From NCBI GenBank assembly GCA_001600815.1, contig BCKZ01000005.1, positions 195,532-259,531 on the forward strand: a stretch of DNA of 64,000 nucleotides. Reading direction: 5' to 3'. Position 1 is the stretch's first letter; each line of letters starts with the position of its first letter. The notes beneath the pieces were generated by a model. It was not told the origin of the DNA. It ran no database searches and saw only the letters and a list, made by a program, of their open reading frames with translations. This stretch comes from Alloascoidea hylecoeti. Lineage: Eukaryota. Both the position numbers and the translations under genes were made by a program. Shown piece by piece: positions 12,331-20,963 of the stretch.

Positions 12331-12744
12331 GATCCTTAACATTTATTATCCGTAGATTCCAATCAAGAGAACTTTAAATCGTGTCCGCTATACTATCATT
12401 TGGGCAGCTTTTGTCTTGGTGGTGAGGCGTGTTCTGGGACTGTTATTTATTTCCAGTCACCACTTAAACAAAAGTCTTCCTATATGCTCTATAGGTTTAA
12501 ATGTGGTTGCTTTATGTCATAAAAAATTAAAAAATTAATATGGTATTTATATATTAATTATCTAAATTATTCTAGTAAAGTGCGGTTGCAGATCGGAAGC
12601 TAAAGTCTATTATAACTGAAATAACTTTCAAAGTAATCAAAACAAAAACTTTATAAAATAAAATATAAATCTGGGATTTCCCCACATTTTTAGTATTCAT
12701 AATTAATTCTTCGATCGATCGTTTTTCTAAAATACTTATTGGCC

Positions 12745-14292
12745 ATGAATAGCGAGAAAGCCACCCACAACCATACTGAGGATCAAGCGACACGATCATT
12801 TGAATCAATACAGGTTGCTGATAATAATCCGGTATATACAGAAAGTTCAGTAGATGCAGAAAAATTCTCTCAGGACGAGGCCGTTATAGGCGTTCTCGAT
12901 CCAGAAATGGAGAAAAAGATATGCAGAAAACTTGACATTAGAATTCTTCCATTTATTTGTGTACTATATCTTTTTAATGCTCTTGATAAAGGAAATATTT
13001 CAAATGCAAAAACAGATGGTTTTGATGTTGATCTTGGTATTCACGGTAATAAATGGAATATATTATTATGTATTTTTTATATTCCTTTTGTTCTCTGTGC
13101 TTTCCCCATATCTCTAATAATTAAAAGATACAATGCTGCAAATGTTATACCAATTTTAGTATTTACTTTTGGATCAATTACTCTATTATCCGTTACGGTT
13201 TTTAATTTTGGTAGCATTGTTGCGGTTAGATGGTTTCTTGGTATGTGTGAATCAGCATTCTTTCCTGGTATTATTTATTATTTATCAACAATGTATAGAA
13301 GAACCGAATTTGCTAAAAGATTAGCTTTATTTTATTCATTTGCTAATGTTGCAAATGCAGTTTCTGGGTTGCTTGCATATGGCGCATTCCAAATAAATGA
13401 TGGTCGTTTAAAAGGATGGCAATATCTTTTCATAATCGATGGCTCATGTACTGTGGTATTAGCAGTTATCTCATTTTTCTATCTTCCAAGAACAATTGAT
13501 GAAGCAAAATTTTTTACACAGGAAGAAAAAGACGTTGCAAATTATCGAATTGCAACTGATTCAAGTTCAGAAGCAACATTAAAAGAAAATTTCAAAATGA
13601 AAGATGCTTTTGATCTTCTAAAACACCCAGTTTCTATTCTTTGGCTTGTCATTGAAATTTGTGTCGGCGTTCCTATTAATTGTATCAATAATTGGTTTCC
13701 TCAAATTATTCAATCAATGGGGAAAGATAAATTACAGACAAATTTATTTACTGTGGCCCCAAACATGTCTGGTGCTATTTTTTGTATTGTTATCTGTACC
13801 CTTTCTGATGTTACAAAAGTTAGATCATATTATATCATTTTTAGTTTTTTGATTACTTTAATTGGTTTTGTTTTATTTGGATGTATTGATGTTCACAAAC
13901 AATCTGCCGTTGCTTATTTCAGCACCTTCTTAATGACTGCAGGAGGTTCTTCAAGTTCAGTTTTGTTATCTTCATGGTATACAAATAATACCCCTAATGC
14001 TAATAGAAGAGTTGTTATTTCATCAATAGGTATTCCTTTAACTAACGTTGCTGGATTCATTGCTATATTTATTTTTAGACCACAAGATCAACCTAAGTAT
14101 ATTCCTGCTTTAGGAACAACAGCTGGATTTGGAGGATTGGGTGCAATATTAACTGGTTTAACTTTGCTATATATGGTTAAAGATAACTGGAGTAGAAACA
14201 GAAAACAAGGGTTTTCAACTACTTATAAGGATGTTTCCACTAATGATTTAAGTGATGGTCCTTCTAATCCAAACTTTAGGTGGATGTATTAA
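12745..14292 (+). CDS. MFS transporter, anion:cation symporter (Dal5/Tna1/Vht1-like) family
   Basis: EKKICRKLDIRILP..LFNALDKGNISNAK, RWFLGMCESAFFPG, GWQYLFIIDG, C-terminal PNFRWMY, ~12 hydrophobic segments. First ATG at 12745. Confidence 0.92.
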   Translation: MNSEKATHNHTEDQATRSFESIQVADNNPVYTESSVDAEKFSQDEAVIGVLDPEMEKKICRKLDIRILPFICVLYLFNALDKGNISNAKTDGFDVDLGIHGNKWNILLCIFYIPFVLCAFPISLIIKRYNAANVIPILVFTFGSITLLSVTVFNFGSIVAVRWFLGMCESAFFPGIIYYLSTMYRRTEFAKRLALFYSFANVANAVSGLLAYGAFQINDGRLKGWQYLFIIDGSCTVVLAVISFFYLPRTIDEAKFFTQEEKDVANYRIATDSSSEATLKENFKMKDAFDLLKHPVSILWLVIEICVGVPINCINNWFPQIIQSMGKDKLQTNLFTVAPNMSGAIFCIVICTLSDVTKVRSYYIIFSFLITLIGFVLFGCIDVHKQSAVAYFSTFLMTAGGSSSSVLLSSWYTNNTPNANRRVVISSIGIPLTNVAGFIAIFIFRPQDQPKYIPALGTTAGFGGLGAILTGLTLLYMVKDNWSRNRKQGFSTTYKDVSTNDLSDGPSNPNFRWMY

Positions 14293-14344
14293 TAATAATA
14301 CTAATAATAAAACTGTAACTATAGATAATATTTTGATTATTTTA

Positions 14345-15645
14345 TGTTTTGCAATTGATATTTTATACTTTTAGTGTGTGTGTTTTACTTTTTTTTAACT
14401 TTTCGCCCTATTTGGAAATAATGCGACTAATTATAAAAATATCTTTGCATTGTAGAGAAACTATTTTTGATAACAAATAATAAAAAAATCAAGTACCGTA
14501 CGGAAATATTTGTTGGGTTATGGGCTCATCAGTGGCGATGTCCTTGAATTGTTTCGGAGGCATAGTTGGTAATAAATTTATATTATAAAGAACGTGTGTA
14601 TTTTTCTAAAACTAAATAATGTGGCAACTCGCTAATATATAAGGGAAATGAAGATCTTCATAAATATCACCCCATATATATGAAACTATGTAATAACAAA
14701 ATCTATTTTAATTTAATTATATAACTATATATCCAATAATATTTTATAACATATTATATCCACCTCAATTAATCTTTACTTTTCACGTTCCTACGTTTTA
14801 CTTATATTTAAACTAATACCTTTCGTGAGAAGCACTTTTTGGATTTCTTAGGTATTGCCAAATGTTTGTAATTGCTTTAATAGATATGGTTTCTCTGTAA
14901 GGTTATGTCATTCTATTAATCTTTCATAAATCCAATTAACGTTCTTGAAAAACTTGTGAAAAACTTCAAAATTTACAAATCATTTTATCTATTATATTCT
15001 TTCGCCAAAGTTCTTTTCTTTCACTCACCAGGAAACTATTACTATCTTATTTTTTGTTTTCCCACCAAATTTAAAATTTATTGTATAAATATGTATTTTC
15101 ATCTGAGGTATTTTGATATCAATATTTATCAATCGATTTTGGAGAGTATTTCCGTTGAAGAGTTTGTGTATACATATAAATTTACCTCTAGATTTAGTTA
15201 GATTTAGCTAGATTTAGTTTTTTATATATTGGTTTACACTTTTTATCCCCTATTTGGAAATAATGTAACTAAAGATATATTTTTATAGAAACTATTTGTG
15301 ATATCACATATAAATGAGAAAATTCCCATTGGATATGGTTCTTTATAAAGTTATGTTATTTTATTGATCTTTCATAAATCCAATTGAAATTTTAACTTGA
15401 GACTAATTCAATGAAGTGTGACTCTTCAAAATTTACAAATCATTTTCTCCTATTTATATAGTCTTCACCAAAGTTCTTTTCTTTCATTTTTGCTTCCTTC
15501 CCATCTTCTTTTCTGTTGTTTCCGGAAATTTTAACATATAAATATGTATTTTTATCCAAATGGCAAAGTATTTTGATTCATGCAAAATAATTTTAACTAA
15601 AATTTTAATTTTACTGCAATTTACCTACCTTTAGTGTGTGTCAAT
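14345..15645. repeat. Degenerate local duplication of the MFS 3' flank
   Basis: CCCTATTTGGAAATAATG at ~14406 and ~15248; GATATGGTT..TCTTTCATAAATCCAATT at ~14883 and ~15332; CTTCAAAATTTACAAATCATTTT..CCAAAGTTCTTTTCTTTCA at ~14964 and ~15424. Confidence 0.75.
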
Positions 15646-16559
15646 TCAAGATTCTATTAGAAGCTACCTAATCGCATGGTCTCCATTGTGATATAATAAT
15701 ATTCTTCTCACTCTGACCAAAGACTCTGGTGTAACCTGTATTACAGAAGGAGTTTCATTCCATTTACCTAAGTTAATCAAAAACACTTTAAAAATTATTA
15801 AACTTATTCTTTCGCCTCTGCTTGGATTGCATGATTTCATTTGACTGTTTAACATCTTCCGTCTTCCGCTTTGTAAGCTGAGCAATAAGATGAAATCAGA
15901 TTAGTAAATACAATTACTCTAGGCTTAATTCAAAAGCGATTCCCAATTATAATATTCAAATTCTATAATAAAGGTCGTTCAGCTTTTATTGATTGTACTT
16001 TTATTTTCATTAAAATTTTATGTGTATTTATTTTTATTAAACTTCACCATGTTACTATGTAGTTCTAACATCTGTAAAAATGGAATAACTATAACTTATA
16101 GACATATATCAAGACTTTTTGGTTCCATAATTAATATTAGAAATGTTCGGATTATGCATCATCAAATGTAATGTTGATATTATAGGCAACTATCTGCTAT
16201 AATTTTCAATTGGCCATGAGAATGTATGATAGGAGGGGTCCTAACGCTATACTTATTATGAAGTGTAAGTTTACAAGATACCCTGGTTTAGATCGAAGTT
16301 TTTATAGTTACATAATTAAAGTTAGGTGGAAAGAAAAACGAAATCTACCTCTTCTACTATTCAAATATTATGAAATTTAATATTGATATTGTTTACGTAG
16401 TTGTAAGTTTATAGAATATCTTTTGAAATCAAATTATATGCATAGACCGCTGCGGCACAATTCAAATGAATATCAACTTAACTCTTTCTTCCTTACTTCC
16501 TTTTGTGTATTATTATAAAACAAACATCATCTTTCTACAATTTTTTATGATTATATATC

Positions 16560-17714
16560 ATGTTAATAATTACTACAATATATTACATGATAATTTCTTG
16601 TTTTATAATAATTAGCCAAGGAATTTTAGGATTTCCAACAATCAATAGTTATAATAATGACAAACTTCAATTACAAGACGTCAATTTTTTCACAATATCA
16701 AATCTAACAAATAAAGAAATAAGTCAAAAATTAATGTATGATTTAAAATATTTTGCAAAAATTAATAGTCAAATATATTGTCTTTTAACAAATGGTTGGT
16801 CAAAAGATTTACCAGGTTGTCCTATTTATTGTAATGATAAAGATTTTAAAAATTTACAATTATTTAATTTTTGGAGACCAAATAAAAGATTATCAAGTGG
16901 TATTGTTACATTATTTTATTTAAATCATTTAAGAAAGGAAAAAATTATTATTTTTAGAGGATCAATTACAATTAATGATTGGATTGTTGATCTTACTTTA
17001 CCGCTAATAAAATATATTCCAATTGTAATTAAAAAAAATTTAATTAAAGATATAATTGAATATAATGGTAATGTTCATTTAGGATTTTATGAAGCTTTAA
17101 AACAAACATGGGATGGAATTAATGAAATATTTAATGAAATGAATAAAATTTATCCAAATTATAGTATAATTTTAATGGGTCATTCATTAGGTGGAGGAGT
17201 TGCACAATTAGTAGGACTTGAATTTAAATATCTTGGTTATAATACAACAATAATAACATGGGGATCACCAAAAATTGGTGATATTAATTTTGTTAAAAAT
17301 TTTAATAAAAAATTTAATCCAAAAATTTCCTATGATGCTTTACAAAAAGGTGAATTTATTGGTTCTATTAGACAAGTTAATAGAGGAGATATTGTTACTT
17401 TTGTACCACCTGCTCCATTATTTCAACATGGTGGATTAAAAATAATTATTAATACAGATGAAATAATACCTAATGAGGAAGATATTTTCATTCATAATCC
17501 TGATTATAATATTGATGATGATGATATTTTAGGGGTGGGTAGTGTGAATTCAATTGGAAGTGATGTTTTGGAGATGGCAGGAAGTAGGCATATCTATTAT
17601 TATCTTAATCAAATGGAATGCATTTCAAGTATTGGAAATTTGAAAATTTATGTGAAAGGATTAATTTCTACAATATTAAAGACTCCATTTACTATTCCTG
17701 AGAATAATAGTTAA
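16560..17714 (+). CDS. Secreted class 3 lipase
   Basis: Hydrophobic N-terminus, IFRGS...DWIVD lid, VHLGF, nucleophile elbow GHSLGG, TWGSPKIG, DIVTFVPP, catalytic His in HIYY. Confidence 0.92.
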   Translation: MLIITTIYYMIISCFIIISQGILGFPTINSYNNDKLQLQDVNFFTISNLTNKEISQKLMYDLKYFAKINSQIYCLLTNGWSKDLPGCPIYCNDKDFKNLQLFNFWRPNKRLSSGIVTLFYLNHLRKEKIIIFRGSITINDWIVDLTLPLIKYIPIVIKKNLIKDIIEYNGNVHLGFYEALKQTWDGINEIFNEMNKIYPNYSIILMGHSLGGGVAQLVGLEFKYLGYNTTIITWGSPKIGDINFVKNFNKKFNPKISYDALQKGEFIGSIRQVNRGDIVTFVPPAPLFQHGGLKIIINTDEIIPNEEDIFIHNPDYNIDDDDILGVGSVNSIGSDVLEMAGSRHIYYYLNQMECISSIGNLKIYVKGLISTILKTPFTIPENNS

Positions 17715-18597
17715 AATGTTGATTTTTATAATTGTATATTGAAAAATTATAAAGAGCAGACTTATTGTTTATGATCACCCACCCTTCTCCAAAACGTAAA
17801 ATTATAACCCGTAGTCTTTTTCACTACTTCGCAACGACCAACAATGGTAAAATCCAAAAGGTCTCTCAGAAATCTGGCACACAAAAACAAGGAAGTGAGA
17901 TCGAATAGATGGTGTGAACAACCCACACCAGCAGCTAAAGAAGTATACCATTGTTATTCAAAAAAGGAGGGTGGGCTACGATGAAATTCTTTATTGTTTA
18001 GTGGATGAGCACTCTAAAGAGGACTAAAGAATTTGAGGCATTTTGGGTTCTCAGTAGTGGGATAGAGGATCTTGAAATAGACTATACCGGCGATATCGAT
18101 AATTTATGCAAGGAATAAAGGATTAACTTCTTCTACTCATATGATCGGTGTGGCCGTTTGACTTGATTGTGGCAGTGAAGTCTGTTTCTATGGAAACACC
18201 ACCATTAGAATAATATGCAAGAGGATCTTCAAATGAAAACTAGACCTCTTTTGGAAGCCGAAATGAGTGAAAACATACAATACGCTAAATGTAGAATTTT
18301 CAAATGAAACAATTAAGTGTAGGAGGGAGGGTTCTTGGAAAAAATATTTCAAAGAAAATCTAGCAGTTAGTAATGATATGGAAAGGGAACTTTTTGCACT
18401 CTACAAAACTATGATCAAAAACAGAAGAACATGTAAAAAACATCAAAAGAATTTATTAGGATAAGTAGTTTATATACACAGAATATCTAATGAATTCATA
18501 ACACTTGTTTTTGAGTTGTTAAGAACCCTAGCTAAGGTCTAGGCAATGATTTTTACTCAATTGTAAATAAATATAGAAATATTAACAATTTTAAATA

Positions 18598-19290
18598 TTA
18601 AATCCAACAATATTTCCCATTATATTCCCATATCAATTTTTCATTTTCATTATCAGTGTTATTATCATTTGAATATCCCCAACTTCTAACAGCAGATAAA
18701 CTACCATTTTCAACATTTCTTTCCACATTAATTTTAAATTTTTTATCATTTATAATTAAATTTTCATTATTTAATTCATCATCAATAATATTAGACCATA
18801 GTAATTTATTATCAATATCATTATTAATTGAATAAGGTAAATCACCTTCCCATAAAATAACTTTATCAAGATTATAATTTTTAGATTCTAATAGAGCTAA
18901 TTTTAATAATTGAATAATTTGTTTTTTAGAAATATCAATATTATTAATTGTTGTGAAAAGTCTTAAAATATATAAATTATTTGATGTAAAATCATGATAC
19001 CAAATAATAAAAGAAGTATCATCATTTTTTAAATTTTGATTTTTATAAGTTGTTATTATTTCAGAACCATAATAAATTATTTGATCATTTGAATTAATTA
19101 ATGAATAAACATATTTTGATCTTGTATGAAAATAATCAAATAATTTATAATTTGAAATAATTGAAATTCTTGATTTTAAATCTTTTTTAGTTTTTGAAAT
19201 TAATAAATTTTTTAAATATTCATTATCTAAATTTGAATGTTTTTCAAATGAATTTTTTGAAAGATAATTTAATTTAATTGTATAATGATC

Positions 19291-19323
<33 letters not shown>

Positions 19324-20124
19324 TTCATTACTAAGAATATTTGTTAATGATTGATCATTTTTATTAACACTTAATTTTAATTCAATTAATTTTGATTCAG
19401 AACTAATATAACCAAATTTTTTATAAAATTCACCAACTTCAGAATATAAAATTTGAATAGAATATTTTTTTAAATCATTATTATCTTCATTAACATCAAT
19501 ATTTAAATGATTTTTCAATTGAATTTTAGACATATTATGATTTTCTAAAACTTTTGATAATGTATTCATCATTATAATTCCATAACCTTTACCACGATAT
19601 TTTGGTAAAATATAAACCCCACCAATTCCATGGGTTGGAATTTTAATTAATTCAACTTTTTTTTTATTTTTATTGTCAATGAGAGTTCGGTAACCAGGTC
19701 TTATAACCGATTCACAACTTCCAACAATTTGAGATAATTGAGAAATTGCTTCGTCAGTAGATATCAACCAATTATTCCCATTCCCATTATAGTAATCAAA
19801 TTGTTTATCATTATCATTATTGATTTCATTTGGTTGATAGGTTATATTTTGATCAAGATCTTGAATTGGGAAAGTTGGATTTTTAATCAATGGTAAGGAA
19901 GTATCATATAATACCCAATAGGTATTTTTACCATTTCTAGTCATTTCAGTATCACCAATTATATGTTCTCTCATAACATACTCATTATAAGTCAAAGAAC
20001 CTTTCCATTGCAAAGCATTGGAGAAGTGACAGAAGTTTCTGATTATTGTATGATGAGAAGGAGCGAAAACAAGGGAAGTTCCAGGAATTTTATATTTTTC
20101 GTGATTTTCAGGAATTGTAGACAT
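18598..20124 (-). CDS. GNAT acetyltransferase, LYC1/YIR042C-like (copy 2, diverged, Asn-rich)
   Basis: Colinear with copy 1: MSTIP..HEKY, QIVGSCES, IGGVYILPKYRGKGYG, ILYSEVGEFYKKFGY, WEYNGKYCW. Confidence 0.85.
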
Positions 20125-20286
20125 TTATGTTTATTATGCTTATTAAAATAAATAAATAAATTATGTATGGGTGTTTGGGTGGTGGGTGCTGACGTTTACG
20201 CTGTGCGTGACCTTAAATATATATGAGCATTTTCTCCTGAATCTCTAAGGAACCTGCAATTATAGACAGCAAGACCAACAGCACCA

Positions 20287-20771
20287 ATGCCTTCCATGGA
20301 TCCTCTACGCGCGAAGAAAGTTGACATCTCGGTATTTATCTATTATTTGCTGACGTGGGAAGAGAAGAGTAGCTAATCTAGAGCGCAGAAATTATCACCA
20401 GCAGAACAAAGGATATTCAAGCTGTATGGGAAGCTGCCGTCCAAGACCGAGCTCCTGGCGAACAAGCTGAAGGTGAGTAGGCGTCGTGTTTGCGAGTCGG
20501 TGCATATCTGTGTATACTAATGTGATGGCTGAAGGAACGGAGATACTTCGACTCGGGAGACTACGCGTTGAGCAAGGCCGGCAAGAAGCCAGCGGACTTC
20601 TCCACGGTTGGGTCGCAACACCCCGAACCCAAGGACATCCCTCGCTTCCACGCCGCGGGAGCGACCGCGAATGGCACCGCCGCCAGCACGGGGATCGTGT
20701 CCACCACCGGGGCTGCCACCGGGGCTGCCACCGGGGCTGCCCCTGCGCGAAGGCTGAGCGAAGAGAAGTAA
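20287..20771 (+). CDS. IGO1: Endosulfine (PP2A-Cdc55 inhibitor), 3 exons
   Basis: Exons 20287-20331, 20389-20472 and 20535-20771 splice to MPSMDPLRAKKVDIS-KLSPAEQRIFKLYGKLPSKTELLANKLK-ERRYFDSGDYALSKAG, containing the invariant FDSGDY motif. Introns are GTATTT..GCTAAT..CAG and GTGAGT..ACTAAT..AAG. Confidence 0.93.
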
Positions 20772-20963
20772 ATAGGCTTTACGTACTTTATTTTATTTTG
20801 TTTTGTGCTGTTTCCCAGTGCCTTCTGATGCAACTGTAATCCCAAACGGGCAAAGACCCAGGTCCTGGATATAGCCGTATTCGCCCGGCTGCAGAAACAT
20901 ATAAAACACTCGTTTTCGGTTTCTGATCCAAGTCTAAAACTCATTCCTCCTCCCCCGGCCGCC

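Noticed and set aside
20420..20472. Alternative CUG decoding (Ser or Ala)
   Set aside because: CTG occupies conserved Leu positions (YGKLP in Igo1, ACGLY in Sfu1, LYFI in the septin).
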